Shown here in pieces: positions 10,094 to 20,563 of a stretch of DNA of 64,000 nt. The position numbers were made by a program, and so were the translations under genes. The stretch lies in NCBI GenBank assembly GCA_038040485.1, contig JBBPIE010000021.1, positions 35,950 to 99,949 on the forward strand, in the 5' to 3' direction. The first letter of the stretch is position 1. Every line of letters begins with the position of its first letter. Under the pieces are notes generated by a model. The model was not told where the DNA came from. It searched no databases and worked only from the letters and a program-made list of their open reading frames with translations. The stretch comes from Candidatus Onstottus arcticum (GTDB lineage: Bacteria; Acidobacteriota; Blastocatellia; UBA7656).

Positions 10094-10456
10094 ATGAAAA
10101 CTATGGTCGCCTCCGCAATATTTCTGATTGTTGGCATCTCAAGCGTCCTCGCCTGCACGGCAGCCTATTGGCCTGCCGGACCTGACTACATTGCGCCTTT
10201 CACCTGCCCGAATGACTTTTCTCTTTATAAAGAGTCGTTCTGGTCGGTAAAGTACCCTGAGCAGGTGGGCTTTACAGACGTCACTTCTTCAGGAGGCGGC
10301 GGATGCTCTCCTTCTCTCCAGTGCTGGCCTAACTTTTACCCGCCTGAGGCTCTAGACAACCTCTGGAGGCAAAAGGTTGACTCGCGAACCGTATGCCACT
10401 TTCCTGACCGTTGTTGCTTCTGGTTTGCAAGAACATACCCTATGCAAATGGTTTAG
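10094..10456 (+). CDS. small Cys-rich lipoprotein (signal peptide with VLAC lipobox); possibly the N-terminal part of a frameshifted larger gene
   Basis: A strong RBS (TAAGGAGATTGACGG) precedes ATG at 10094. Signal peptide [21 protein letters not shown]. Overlaps the next ORF by 45 nt in another frame. Confidence 0.5.
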   Translation: MKTMVASAIFLIVGISSVLACTAAYWPAGPDYIAPFTCPNDFSLYKESFWSVKYPEQVGFTDVTSSGGGGCSPSLQCWPNFYPPEALDNLWRQKVDSRTVCHFPDRCCFWFARTYPMQMV

Positions 10457-11160
10457 CTCCTGGGCCCGGAGACTGTCCCGGAGGGGGCGATGAGGCATGT
10501 CTCTTCTATTGGCAAGGCGAGGGTTATTGTGGAGTGGCGGCAAACTTCACAAGCAACCCCTCAACTGGATGCGGATCGCTTTATTACTATGATAATGGGG
10601 GTTGTTGCTGCGGCAACGGTGGTTCTCCGATCCTCATAGATCTCAGGGGCAATGGTTTTGATCTTACTGATCTGGCCTCGGGTGTGAGCTTCGATCTGAA
10701 TCACGATGGCATCCGGGATCACCTTTCGTGGACTGCTCCAGGCTCAGACGATGCCTGGCTTGCACTGGACCGTAACGGCAACGGACGAATAGACGACGGT
10801 GGCGAGCTATTCGGCAACTTCACTGCGCAGCCAGCTTCCACTTATCCGAATGGCTTTCTCGCGCTCGCTGAGTTTGATAAGCCGGAGAACGGCGGTAACG
10901 GCGATCGGGTGATTGATGAAAGAGACTCGATCTTCGCTTCACTCCGACTGTGGCGGGACGCAAACCACAATGGCGTGTCTGAACCAAACGAGTTGCACAG
11001 ACTACGAGCGCTTGGCGTTACTGCGCTTGATTTGGACTATCGATTCACCAAACGCATCGACCAATACGGGAATGGATTCCGGTATCGCGCGAAGGTGTAC
11101 GACGAACGGGGAGCCCACGTGGGTCAGTGGGCGTGGGATGTCTTCCTAGTAGTTCGGTAG
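10411..11160 (+). CDS. Cys-rich secreted-type protein with multiple EF-hand-like Ca-binding loops; no signal peptide of its own, so possibly fused to the previous ORF by frameshift
   Basis: Motifs [48 protein letters not shown] and [12 protein letters not shown] follow the D-x-[DN]-x-[DN]-G...[DE] pattern. Gly/Cys-rich N-terminus. Confidence 0.45.
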   Translation: MLLLVCKNIPYANGLAPGPGDCPGGGDEACLFYWQGEGYCGVAANFTSNPSTGCGSLYYYDNGGCCCGNGGSPILIDLRGNGFDLTDLASGVSFDLNHDGIRDHLSWTAPGSDDAWLALDRNGNGRIDDGGELFGNFTAQPASTYPNGFLALAEFDKPENGGNGDRVIDERDSIFASLRLWRDANHNGVSEPNELHRLRALGVTALDLDYRFTKRIDQYGNGFRYRAKVYDERGAHVGQWAWDVFLVVR

Positions 11161-11249
11161 GTGTGTCGGGTTCGGCGCGCAGCGCCATCAGCCTATGAAG
11201 CCTTGCGACAGCCAGCGATCCATGGACGACGACCCTCGCGATCTGATTC

Positions 11250-11957
11250 TCACACCGCGATTTCTTCAACTGTAGCCGGCACCAACCGTCCGTCTCTCAT
11301 ATGAACCGTCCGGTGCGCGAGCCTCGCGTTCTCAGGATTGTGCGTGACCATGAAGATCGTCTGGCCGCTTGCGTTCAAACTCAGAAACACTTCCATAATC
11401 TCCCGGCCGGTTTGCGTGTCGAGCGTCCCCGTAGGCTCGTCCGCAAGAATCAACGGCGCCTGGTTCACGATAGCTCGCGCGATCGCCAGCCTTCCCTGCT
11501 CCCCTCCCGAAAGCTGATTCGGAAGCCGCAAAGCCTTGTCTGCAAGCCCCACGCTTTCCAAAGACTTCATCGCGCGCTCTCGCTTTTGCTTCGCGCTCCC
11601 GGGCGCTGCGGCGAACGGCAACATCACGTTCTCAACCGTGTTCAGATAAGGCATCAGGTGGTGCTGTTGAAAAACAAAACCCAGATACTCGCGGCGAAAG
11701 TCCGCGCGGCGCTCTTCTGAAAGCCCGTATACGTCTATGCCGTCGATCAACACGCGGCCTTCCGACGGATGATTCATCGCGCCAACGATCGTTAGCAGCG
11801 TGCTCTTGCCCGAGCCCGACGGCCCCATCAAGCAGACAAACTCGCCTTCGTTGATTTCCAGGCTGACGCCCGAAACGACTCGCACTTCCGAGCCCGCGCC
11901 ATCGGGTTGATAGACTTTGTTTACTTCGTTGACTTCAACAAAAGCCATCCGCCTCAT
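11250..11957 (-). CDS. ABC transporter ATP-binding protein (MacB/LolD/FtsE-like)
   Basis: Walker A GPSGSGKST, signature LSGGEQGRLAIARA and Walker B ILADEPT. Confidence 0.9.
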   Translation of the reverse strand: MRRMAFVEVNEVNKVYQPDGAGSEVRVVSGVSLEINEGEFVCLMGPSGSGKSTLLTIVGAMNHPSEGRVLIDGIDVYGLSEERRADFRREYLGFVFQQHHLMPYLNTVENVMLPFAAAPGSAKQKRERAMKSLESVGLADKALRLPNQLSGGEQGRLAIARAIVNQAPLILADEPTGTLDTQTGREIMEVFLSLNASGQTIFMVTHNPENARLAHRTVHMRDGRLVPATVEEIAV

Positions 11958-11992
11958 CCTTCAGTGTTCGGAGACAACTCGCAATTCGAAGT

Positions 11993-12120
11993 CTTCTCTG
12001 CGTAACCTCTGCGTCTCGGCGACTCTGCGGTTAGAGGGTTTCGATGCTTTGCAGCCGTCAAATTACCCAGGCCTTCTAACCGCAGAGTCGCCGAGACGCA
12101 GAGACTGCCGCAGAGAAGAA
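11993..12120. repeat. REP/MITE-like palindromic element, family A
   Basis: cttctctgcgtaacctctgcgtctcggcgactctgcggttagaggg...cttctaaccgcagagtcgccgagacgcagagactgccgcagagaag. Confidence 0.8.
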
Positions 12121-12131
12121 CAAAGCTTCAC

Positions 12132-13388
12132 TCACACATATCGTACCGCTTCCGAAGGATCGAGCCGCGCGGCCCGAACCGCCGGATAAAAGCTGCTGAC
12201 CGCGCCGATCCCAAGCGCCGCAACAACCGACGCAAGCGCCAGCAGCGGACTGATCTCGAGCCCCGCGCCCTCCGCAAAGTAAGGCAGCACCGCCCAGCTA
12301 GCCAGCATCCCCGCGAGCCATCCGATCACTCCCCCGGCCACGCTGATGACCGCGACCTCGATCATCAATCCTTTGACTATGTGCTCGCGCCGGAACCCGA
12401 TCGCGCGCATCACGCCGATCTCTTTTGTTCGCTCGACGACTGAACCCATCATCGTGGTGAAGATCATCAGCGCGCCGATCGCCAGCACGACCACAGACAC
12501 CGCGGCCGAAAACCGCGTCAGTCGCTCGACCGTTTCGGCGCGCGCGCGAACCGACTGCTGCACGGCCGAGACCTTCGCGTACGGAAGCTTCTCGCTGATC
12601 TGCGCGACTATGTCTTCAATGGGGCAGTTCTGGCACAACGCGCTTACTTCGATCAGGCTCAACTGGCCGGGCTTGCCCAACAGCGACTGCACATGACCCA
12701 GCGAACCAAAGATCATCCCGTCTTCGCGGCCGCCGGTTGGAACCAAAACACTAGCCACTCGGTGCTCGCGCCCAGCGATCTGCAAGCGATCGCGCGTGAT
12801 CGAGAATGATTGAACCGGCTTGTTGTGATTCATCCCGGGCATGTCCGGCATTGCGGGCATGTTGGAAGCACCACCTTCGTCCGCGCTTAGTTCGATCAAA
12901 CCAAGCGCTCGAGCCGCGTCGTAGCCCACAAGCAAGTCGTCGGCGGCAGCCGGCACTCGACCTACGATTTGCCACCAGCGCTTCATGTTCAGCTCGCTTT
13001 CGAAATCGACACCCGCAAGCAGAACGTCGCGGCCGTCGACTTGAATAGCGCCCAGGAGCTTCGGCGCAATTATGCTCAGCCGATTGCCGTACTCGATGTC
13101 GAGTATGGTGGTCGCGTCCTCGCCTTTTAGCTGATGAACATCGAACGAAACGCCCGACACGGTTACGCCGCCGTAGTCGAGCGACAGACTGTTCGACTGT
13201 GGCACCACGACTATGTTCGCCCCGAACTGATCGAGCTGAGCGCCTATTTCGTTCTTGATCGTCAAGCTCAAGCTCAAGAGCGCCACTGCCGTTCCAATGC
13301 CGATGGCCATTCCGGCGACCAGGAACGCGGCTTTGGCTTTTCGACGTCTCAAGTTCGCAAAAGCAATTGTGCTTATTCGCATGGCCAC
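12132..13388 (-). CDS. ABC transporter permease, FtsX-like (MacB-type with large periplasmic domain)
   Basis: 418 aa. N-terminal TM, long periplasmic region and three C-terminal TMs (FtsX fold). Sits directly upstream of the ABC ATPase. Confidence 0.8.
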   Translation of the reverse strand: MAMRISTIAFANLRRRKAKAAFLVAGMAIGIGTAVALLSLSLTIKNEIGAQLDQFGANIVVVPQSNSLSLDYGGVTVSGVSFDVHQLKGEDATTILDIEYGNRLSIIAPKLLGAIQVDGRDVLLAGVDFESELNMKRWWQIVGRVPAAADDLLVGYDAARALGLIELSADEGGASNMPAMPDMPGMNHNKPVQSFSITRDRLQIAGREHRVASVLVPTGGREDGMIFGSLGHVQSLLGKPGQLSLIEVSALCQNCPIEDIVAQISEKLPYAKVSAVQQSVRARAETVERLTRFSAAVSVVVLAIGALMIFTTMMGSVVERTKEIGVMRAIGFRREHIVKGLMIEVAVISVAGGVIGWLAGMLASWAVLPYFAEGAGLEISPLLALASVVAALGIGAVSSFYPAVRAARLDPSEAVRYV

Positions 13389-13393
13389 CCCAT

Positions 13394-13969
13394 TCAGAAA
13401 TACTTTTTGCCGGCTTCAATCTCGGATTTCTTTATCACAAGGTTGTCGCCGTCCGTGGCCGCGGTCAACGCGACGGGATGGCAACCACCCGAGATCTTGC
13501 CGATCAACGCTGTTGCGAACTTCTTACCGCAGTTGTTGCACACCATGTCATCGCCGTCCTGCCGGTAGCCCTGCTTGGCGTGCGCGCAGACCTCGCACGC
13601 GTCCAGCGCCGCGCGATAATCACCCGCGGAAGACTTGACCACGAAGAAGCGCACCTGCTGATTGTTCGCCAGCTTATAGTCGAAGAACTTTGCCCGGCCT
13701 CCAGCGACATCCGCGATCGGCACTCTTAGTTCGCTGACCGGCCCGCTCGGACTGTCTGGCTCCGCCTGCTTGTTAGGCTGCTGCGGAGCGGCGATGACCG
13801 TGGGCTTGTCTGAAGACTCGCTCATCACGACGTACGCAACCGCCGCAATCGCGGCGACAAGCACCGCGACCAGGATCAGCGTCGTTTTGTTCTTTGCCTT
13901 CACAGGTTCCGCGAACTGCGCCCGCTTGGTCTCGCGAGCATCGTTTGACTCTGGTTCTTGTTTGCTCAT
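13394..13969 (-). CDS. DUF2318-like membrane protein with Cys-rich metal-binding/zinc-ribbon motif
   Basis: 191 aa. N-terminal TM, then CEVCAHAKQGYRQDGDDMVCNNCGKKF ... GGCHP. The DUF2318 + FtsX + ABC arrangement resembles the cj1660-1663-type metal-uptake module. Confidence 0.55.
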   Translation of the reverse strand: MSKQEPESNDARETKRAQFAEPVKAKNKTTLILVAVLVAAIAAVAYVVMSESSDKPTVIAAPQQPNKQAEPDSPSGPVSELRVPIADVAGGRAKFFDYKLANNQQVRFFVVKSSAGDYRAALDACEVCAHAKQGYRQDGDDMVCNNCGKKFATALIGKISGGCHPVALTAATDGDNLVIKKSEIEAGKKYF

Positions 13970-13978
13970 AAGCCCCCC

Positions 13979-14073
13979 AAGGAATTGCGGATTTCGGATT
14001 GCGGATTTCGGATTGGCGATCTTGTCCGTGACTCTCGAACCCGAAATCCGAAATCCGCAATCCGCAATTCCCC
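13979..14073. promoter_or_regulatory. long near-perfect palindrome (34-bp arms built from tandem GCGGATTTCGGATT units) between two minus-strand operon halves
   Basis: aattgcggatttcggattgcggatttcggatt ... aatccgaaatccgcaatccgcaatt. Lies between the stop of the RND adaptor gene and the start of the DUF2318 gene. Confidence 0.6.
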
Positions 14074-14077
14074 TTAA

Positions 14078-15757
14078 TTATCTCACAACGATTTTGCCTC
14101 GCAGCATCTTCATACCGCATGAGAACTCGCTCACGCCACGCCTGGTTGGTGTGAACTCGACGACGACCGGCTCGTCAAATGGAAGGTCGCGCTTCACCTG
14201 GTAGTCCGGTATCAGCAACTCGGTGCCACAGGTAGCTTCGACCTTGCGCACAAAAGTCACTCGCGCCGGCACTCCCAACCGAAGCCGAACGCTTCCCGGC
14301 TGATAGCCCTTGTCGGTAAGAACCACTGTCGCCAACTGAATACTCGGCTCCGATTCGTGCGCCTGAGTTTCCGCAGCCGGCTTCGCGGCCGAGGATGAAC
14401 CGGTCATCGCCGCTTGCGATGGATTGAGCTTCAAGCTTTCGGCTCTCAGCAAGAAGCTTCCCTCGCTTACAACCGACTCACCGGCGCTCAACCCGCCATA
14501 GACCGGTACGCGCCCGTTCGACTCAGCCCCGGCGTTCACCTCGCGCTGGATGAACATACCCGGCCGGTCTCCGGCCACGAAGACTACGCGCCTGCCGCCA
14601 ATTTCCTGAACGGCGGCGCTGGGAACCATTACGCCTGTCTCGCTGCTGGCACGCGCAGCAGAAGCGCCGCCGAAGCTCACGTCAACAAACATCCCGAGCT
14701 TCAACATCTCGCCGGGGTTGGCCAGCTCTACTCTCACTTGAGCGGTCCGTGTTTGCGGCTCGACTCGCGGGTCGAGGTACGCAACGCGCCCGTTGAAGCT
14801 TCGGCCCGGATACGCCTGCGTCGTAATGACCGCCGGAGTGCCGACGCGCACCGCCGCGAAGTCTTTCTCGTAAATCTGTCCCATCACCCACACCGAAGAG
14901 AGATCGGCCACTCGAAACAACTCCTTGCCGGTCATCACTACTTCGCCAGGGTTGACCGAGCGAGTGAGTATCAAACCCGACGCGGGCGACTCAACTTCGA
15001 TCAGCGGCTTCGCTTGCGGCTGAGTACCCATCGCTTCGATCTGTTTTTCGCTGACACCTAGCAGGATCAAATGTTGTTTCATCGCGGACAGGTTCGCCTG
15101 CTCCACCTTTAGCTCAGCCGTCGCCGTTTCCAGTTCCTCGCGGCTTGCGGCGCCCAGCTCGACCAACTCGACGGTTCGGCGATAGTGTTGATGATGGCGC
15201 TCGATCTCGGCTTGCATTTTCAGATAAGCGGCCTGGGCGTCGGCAAGCTCCGAACTGAAGATGGTCGCCAGCTTCTGCCCTCGCTTCACTCGATCGCCAA
15301 GCTCGGCGCTCACTTCTCTGACGATGCCGCCGGCTATCGGCAAGACCGGCACTTCTTTATAGGCGTTAGTCTGAACTGTTCCAGTCGTGCGAATGCCCGC
15401 AGCCATAACCGCGCTTGTGTCAATCGCCGTCACCAGTTCGGTTCTGATCCGGGCGTTCGAGAGCCGTTCCGCCTCGAGCGAAATCACCAGGTCGCCCGGT
15501 CGCGGCGCTGTCCCGGGAGCGCCGGCTGCCGAAGCGCTGCCTGATGAAGACACCGCGCCGGACGGCTCGGGCACGGGCTGGCCCGCCATCGTGCTCTGCT
15601 TTGCGCCGCGCGTCAGCAAGAGCGTTGCTATGATCGCAATGACTGCAACGCCTAGTACAATTGCCAGCCACCGGCTTCGCAATGAAACGCCGGCGAATGG
15701 GCGATCGCCCGCGGTAGGCGCTTCGGCCTTGCTTGGGATATTCTCTTCGTCGTTCAT
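14078..15757 (-). CDS. efflux RND transporter periplasmic adaptor subunit (CzcB/CusB-like) with an extra C-terminal Cys/Met-containing domain
   Basis: 559 aa. N-terminal TM and an HlyD-like lipoyl/beta-barrel region (PIAGGIVREVSAELGDRVKRGQKLATI). The C-terminal ~100 aa carry ATCGTELLIPDY...EFSCGMKMLRGKIVV, a cupredoxin-like metal-site motif. Confidence 0.8.
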   Translation of the reverse strand: MNDEENIPSKAEAPTAGDRPFAGVSLRSRWLAIVLGVAVIAIIATLLLTRGAKQSTMAGQPVPEPSGAVSSSGSASAAGAPGTAPRPGDLVISLEAERLSNARIRTELVTAIDTSAVMAAGIRTTGTVQTNAYKEVPVLPIAGGIVREVSAELGDRVKRGQKLATIFSSELADAQAAYLKMQAEIERHHQHYRRTVELVELGAASREELETATAELKVEQANLSAMKQHLILLGVSEKQIEAMGTQPQAKPLIEVESPASGLILTRSVNPGEVVMTGKELFRVADLSSVWVMGQIYEKDFAAVRVGTPAVITTQAYPGRSFNGRVAYLDPRVEPQTRTAQVRVELANPGEMLKLGMFVDVSFGGASAARASSETGVMVPSAAVQEIGGRRVVFVAGDRPGMFIQREVNAGAESNGRVPVYGGLSAGESVVSEGSFLLRAESLKLNPSQAAMTGSSSAAKPAAETQAHESEPSIQLATVVLTDKGYQPGSVRLRLGVPARVTFVRKVEATCGTELLIPDYQVKRDLPFDEPVVVEFTPTRRGVSEFSCGMKMLRGKIVVR

Positions 15758-15857
15758 AACTTCTCTCTCTTCTTGAAGCCCTGTACGGGCAGGCCTTCGT
15801 GCCCGCCCCTCCGACCTTTGTAACTTCCACCCAAGGGCGCTTATTCAGCTTCACCGA

Positions 15858-15886
15858 GGGGCGCCCACGGAGGGACGCCCTTACAT
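15858..15886. repeat. GC-rich REP-like motif, family B (GGGGCGCCCACGGAGGGACGCCC)
   Basis: Same motif forms the palindrome at 23262-23336. Confidence 0.6.
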
Positions 15887-17290
15887 GGCACTCGAGTCAG
15901 ATCGAACCGCCGAGCCTGCCGCGCGTTCGATCTCGATCAGCGACTCGAAAAGTTCCTTGAGTACTTCGGTGTAGCCGGTCTCGACCTCAATAAAACGCCG
16001 CTGCTCACCCAGATAGTCCAGCACCGATTTCTGGCCGAGCACATAAGTTTGATGAATCACTTCCAGGTTGCGAAACGCCTGCTCCCGCACATTGTCGCGA
16101 TACACCGCAAGCGCCGCTCGCGCGTAGCCGAATCGCGCGTACGCGGAGGTGACTTCGTTGCGCACAACCGTCTCGGCAAACTCGCGGCGCGTTCGCGCCG
16201 CTTCCGCGCCAGCCATCGCGGCTTCGATCAAACCTTCGTTCTTGTTTCGCACCGGCAGCGTCAGCCGAATGCCGAAGGTCGCGTAGTGAAAGACACCTTG
16301 CACCGGAGCGAGCGCGCCCGCCCGGTTGAACCCCTGCACATCGAAGCCCATGCTCTGCCGCATGTAGTTCGCAAAGATGCTCGCGTCCAGCCGTCCTTCG
16401 CGTCTAGCCTGTTCGATCTGCGCAACGGCCAGCGCTTCAGCCGCGCGGGCAACCCGAAGATCAGCTCGATTCGCCAGCGCCTGGTGAATCGCCTCACCGA
16501 TCGCACCCGGCCGTTGATCGACACCAAATTCGCCGCGCAATCGAAGCGGCTCGTTTGCCGGCATCCCGATGCTCTTTTTGATCTCGAGCACCGCGATCTC
16601 GGTGCGGCTCTCGAAACCAATTCGCACCGAATCGACCCGGCTCAACTCGACTCGCAGCAGATTCTGTTCAAGCGGCGCGGTCTTTCCGTGCTCGACCTTC
16701 GCCTGGACGATGCGATGCGAATCTCGGGTGAGCATCAAAAGCTCTTCGATGAACTTCAGGTTTCGAGCCGCGGCAATTGCGGCGGCGTATTTCGATCTCA
16801 CCTCCGCTGCCAGCCTTCGCTCGAAGTCGGCCACTTCAGCTTGCCGCAACTGAATCTCGCGCTCGGCCACTGACAGTCGCGCGACGCGACGCCCGCCAAG
16901 CTCCAGCGGTAGTTCCAATCCGAACGTTTGGCTATTGTCCGGCACGTTAACAGCCTGTGAGCCGCTCGCTTCAATCATAGGATTCGGCCGCAGTCCCGCT
17001 TGCCTCAATTGCCCGCGCGCCTGAGCGATCATTTGGCGCGCGGCTGCAAGCTCACCGTTGTGCGCAAGCGCGTAGCGAACCAGATCGTCCGGCGACTGAC
17101 CGTCAATCGGATCGATGTATTGCATGTAAACCGATCGAGGCTCACTGGGCTCCACCGGCGCGGGAGGCTTAGCAAGAAGAACGAGTCCAACCGCTTGCCG
17201 CTCGCTCGGCGACTGCGCAATCGCAAGCGTGTTCGGAGACACGAGCAAGATCGCAACGGCAATTGCTCTGACTAAAAAAGTGTGTTTCAT
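15881..17290 (-). CDS. TolC-family outer membrane efflux protein (CzcC/CusC-like)
   Basis: 469 aa. Signal peptide, two alpha-helical repeats typical of OEP family. Located between the RND pump and the adaptor. Confidence 0.8.
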   Translation of the reverse strand: MKHTFLVRAIAVAILLVSPNTLAIAQSPSERQAVGLVLLAKPPAPVEPSEPRSVYMQYIDPIDGQSPDDLVRYALAHNGELAAARQMIAQARGQLRQAGLRPNPMIEASGSQAVNVPDNSQTFGLELPLELGGRRVARLSVAEREIQLRQAEVADFERRLAAEVRSKYAAAIAAARNLKFIEELLMLTRDSHRIVQAKVEHGKTAPLEQNLLRVELSRVDSVRIGFESRTEIAVLEIKKSIGMPANEPLRLRGEFGVDQRPGAIGEAIHQALANRADLRVARAAEALAVAQIEQARREGRLDASIFANYMRQSMGFDVQGFNRAGALAPVQGVFHYATFGIRLTLPVRNKNEGLIEAAMAGAEAARTRREFAETVVRNEVTSAYARFGYARAALAVYRDNVREQAFRNLEVIHQTYVLGQKSVLDYLGEQRRFIEVETGYTEVLKELFESLIEIERAAGSAVRSDSSAM

Positions 17291-17335
17291 AATCCACTCT
17301 CCGTATTCGCCACCAAGGCACCAAGACTCAAAGGC

Positions 17336-20300
17336 TCACAAAGAGCTTGGTGAATCTTCCTGTCTTTGTGTCTTCGTGGTTAATCTCCGCTCCTGAAGCC
17401 AGAAGAAAATCACCGGCGTCACGATCAGCACGTGAAGAAGCGACGACACCATTCCTCCAAGCACCGGGGTCGCAAGCGGTTTCATCACTTCGGCGCCGGC
17501 GCTCGCGCTCCACATAATTGGCAGTAACCCCGCCACCACGGTACTAACCGTCATCACCTTCGGGCGAAGCCTCAACAGCGCGCCCTCCATCACCGCTTGT
17601 TTGAGCTGCTCGCGAGTCAGCCGCTCACCCACTTCAGCCTTCTTGCGCTCGACAGCTTCGTTCAGATAGATCACCATCACCATCCCGGTTTGCACCGCGG
17701 TTCCGAACAACGCGATAAACCCGACCCACACTGCAACCGAGAAGTTGTAGCCGAGCGCATAAAGCAGATACACACCCCCGGTCAGCGCAAAGGGCACCGC
17801 CAGCAGGACGTGCGCAGCTTCGATAAGCGAGTGATAGGTCAGATACAGCAGCACAAAGATGACGACCAGAACGATCGGCATGACGAGAAGCAGTCGGGCT
17901 CGCGCGCGCTGCTGGTTCTCATACTCGCCGCTCCACTCCATGTAGTAGCCGGGCGGAAGCTGCACACGGTCGTTCAAAACCTTCTTGGCTTCCTCCACAA
18001 AGCTGCCAACGTCACGACCTCTAACGTTTAGCAGGACAATTGCTCGCAGCAGTCCGTTCTCGCTCGAGATCATTGAAGCTCCGTCGACCGTGCGAATGCT
18101 CGCCAGTTGCGACAATGGTATCTGTGCGCCATTTGGCGCCGGCACGGCCAACTGCCCGAGAGCGTCCTTGCTACCACGAAACTCAGGCGCGTAACGCACG
18201 CGAGCCGGGAATCGCTTGCGTCCCTCGATTGTGACAGTCAGGTTAGTCTCGCCGATGCCGCTGTCGATTACATTCTGAATCGCGCTGACGTCTATGCCAT
18301 AGCGGGCGGCGGCCTGCCGGTCGATCGTGATATCTATGTAAGGCTGGCCGGTCAGCGGTTCAGGCGAGACATTCGCCGCCCCGGGAACAGTGTGCAGCAC
18401 GGACGCTACTTCTCGTGATCTGTGCTCAAGCTCGTTTAGATCGCTGCCGTAGATCTTCACTCCGATCTGCGTGCGCACACCGGTTGTGAGCATCTCGATG
18501 CGGTTGATGATCGGCTGCGTCCAGATATTGGTCACTCCCGGCATCGACAGCTTGTCATTCATTTCTTCGACCAACTTGTCGCGCGTCATCCCGGATCTCC
18601 ACTGGTCGCGCGGCTTGAGGTGAATGATCGTCTCATTCATGTTCACGGGGGCAGGGTCGGTGGAAGTCTCTGCGCGGCCGGCCTTGCCTACAACCCACTC
18701 TACTTCCGGAAACGACTTCAACGTAGCGTCCTGCATCTGCATCACGCGGAGCGCCTCGTCGATAGAGATTGCCGGATCCGTTATCGGCATATACATTACG
18801 TCGCCTTCGTCGAGCGGAGGCATGAATTCATTGCCGATTCGTGAGGCAAGAAAAAGCGCGCCGCCAAAAAGCCCCGCGGCGGTCAGGACCGTTATCATTC
18901 GGTGGGCAAGCGCAAAGCTCAACGCGGGCCGGTAGATTCGCTGCAGCGCGCGCATCACCAGGTTCTCCTCTTCGGAGTGGAACTTCCCGCCCAGCAACAG
19001 CGTGCACAGCACCGGAACAAGCGTCACTGCGATGATCGTTGCACCTGCCATCGCAAATGTCTTGGTGAACGCCAGCGGATGAAACAGTTTCCCTTCCCGC
19101 CCGGTCAGCGCAAACACCGGGATGAACGCAAGGATAATGATCGTCATCGAGAAGAAGATGGGACGGCCGACCAGCTTTGTCGACTCCAGCACGCCTTGCC
19201 AGACTCGCCGGCGGTCGCGCGGGTCCACAGCGTTCTTCTCCATGTAGCGAAAGGCATTCTCGGTGACCACAATGCCCGCGTCGACCAGCACACCGATCGC
19301 GATTGCGATGCCTGACAGCGACATCAGGTTCGAGCTGATCCCCATGTAGTGCATAAACAGAAACGACAGAAGCACCGCCAGCGGAAGTGGGATCGTGACG
19401 ATCAAGATCGAACGGAAGTGAAACAGAAAAATGATATGAGCAAGCGTCACGAGCAGCAGCTCTTCTATCAACGCGCGCTTCAGCGTGCTGGTCGCGCGAA
19501 GGATCAACTCAGTCCGATCGTAAAATGGAACGATCTTGACGCCGGGCGGTAACCCGGCCTCTAGCGTCTTCAACTTCTCCTTCACCGCGCCTATGACCTC
19601 TAGCGTATTCACGCCGTAGCGCGCGATTACCACACCGCCAACCGCCTCCTTCCCGTCTCGGTCCAGCACGCCGACCCGAAACGCGTTGCCCAGCTTTACC
19701 GTTGCAAGGTTGCGGACATAGATCGGCGTGCCGCTTGACGCGCTTATCACAACGTTCTCAATGTCGCTCACTGAGCTGATCAGACCAATCCCCCGCACAA
19801 TTGACCACTGACCGTTCTGCTCCACGACGTTACCGCCGACGTTTGAGTTGCTGCGCTGGACGGCTTCGACCACAGCCGAAAGGGGAATCGAGTAAGCTCG
19901 CAATCGGTTCGGATCTATGTCGATCTGGTACTGCTGAACGTGACCTCCGACCGAAGCGACCTCGGCCACGCCGGGGACGGAGTTGAGCTGGTAGCGGATG
20001 AACCAGTCTTGAAGCGTGCGCAAATCGCGCAGGCTATGACCCTCGCCCTCAACCGTGTACCAGAAGATCTGCCCGACGCCGCTCGCATCCGGGCCGAGTG
20101 TGGGCACTACGCCTTCTGGAAGTTGCTTGGTTACCAGATTCAGCCGCTCGAGCACACGCGTGCGCGCCCAGTAGAGATCAACCGAGTCTTCGAAGATGAG
20201 GTTGATCATCGAGAACCCGAACGCGGACTGGCCGCGCACTGCGCGCACGCCGGGCAAGCCTTGAAGTGTGGTGGTGAGCGGATAAGTCACCTGGTCTTCG

Positions 20301-20482
20301 ACTTCTTGCGGGCTGCGGCCAGTCCAGTCCGTGAAGATGATGACTTGGTTGTCCGACAGGTCGGGTATCGCGTCGATAGGTGTTCGGGTGAGCGCCCAGT
20401 AGCCCCAACCCGCAAGCAGCACGTATGCGGCGACGATGATGAAACGGTTCTTGATCGAGAATTCGATGATGCGATTGATCAT
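17336..20482 (-). CDS. heavy-metal-efflux (HME) family RND permease, CusA/CzcA-like
   Basis: About 1048 aa with the 12-TM RND architecture and two large periplasmic loops. Start probably [14 protein letters not shown] at 20482; the track ORF extends to 20554 through a repeat hairpin. Family called from overall similarity to CusA/CzcA. Confidence 0.85.
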   Translation of the reverse strand: MINRIIEFSIKNRFIIVAAYVLLAGWGYWALTRTPIDAIPDLSDNQVIIFTDWTGRSPQEVEDQVTYPLTTTLQGLPGVRAVRGQSAFGFSMINLIFEDSVDLYWARTRVLERLNLVTKQLPEGVVPTLGPDASGVGQIFWYTVEGEGHSLRDLRTLQDWFIRYQLNSVPGVAEVASVGGHVQQYQIDIDPNRLRAYSIPLSAVVEAVQRSNSNVGGNVVEQNGQWSIVRGIGLISSVSDIENVVISASSGTPIYVRNLATVKLGNAFRVGVLDRDGKEAVGGVVIARYGVNTLEVIGAVKEKLKTLEAGLPPGVKIVPFYDRTELILRATSTLKRALIEELLLVTLAHIIFLFHFRSILIVTIPLPLAVLLSFLFMHYMGISSNLMSLSGIAIAIGVLVDAGIVVTENAFRYMEKNAVDPRDRRRVWQGVLESTKLVGRPIFFSMTIIILAFIPVFALTGREGKLFHPLAFTKTFAMAGATIIAVTLVPVLCTLLLGGKFHSEEENLVMRALQRIYRPALSFALAHRMITVLTAAGLFGGALFLASRIGNEFMPPLDEGDVMYMPITDPAISIDEALRVMQMQDATLKSFPEVEWVVGKAGRAETSTDPAPVNMNETIIHLKPRDQWRSGMTRDKLVEEMNDKLSMPGVTNIWTQPIINRIEMLTTGVRTQIGVKIYGSDLNELEHRSREVASVLHTVPGAANVSPEPLTGQPYIDITIDRQAAARYGIDVSAIQNVIDSGIGETNLTVTIEGRKRFPARVRYAPEFRGSKDALGQLAVPAPNGAQIPLSQLASIRTVDGASMISSENGLLRAIVLLNVRGRDVGSFVEEAKKVLNDRVQLPPGYYMEWSGEYENQQRARARLLLVMPIVLVVIFVLLYLTYHSLIEAAHVLLAVPFALTGGVYLLYALGYNFSVAVWVGFIALFGTAVQTGMVMVIYLNEAVERKKAEVGERLTREQLKQAVMEGALLRLRPKVMTVSTVVAGLLPIMWSASAGAEVMKPLATPVLGGMVSSLLHVLIVTPVIFFWLQERRLTTKTQRQEDSPSSL

Positions 20483-20485
20483 GAT

Positions 20486-20561
20486 GATTCGTGATGCGTG
20501 ATTCGTGATTCGTGATGCGCGAGGCGTGACGAAGAAACATCGTTCACGAATCACGCATCAC
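20486..20561. promoter_or_regulatory. direct heptamer-like repeats (GATTCGTGAT/GCGTGAT) plus inverted copy at the 5' end / leader of the RND pump gene
   Basis: gattcgtgatgcgtgattcgtgattcgtgatgcg ... tcacgaatcacgcatcac, read directly. Overlaps the alternative upstream start. Confidence 0.5.
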
Positions 20562-20563
20562 TC

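Noticed and set aside
16049-16873. 274-aa plus-strand ORF
   Set aside because: Antisense to the TolC-like gene.
17597-20494. Multiple plus-strand ORFs (up to 184 aa)
   Set aside because: Antisense to the 3.1 kb RND pump gene.
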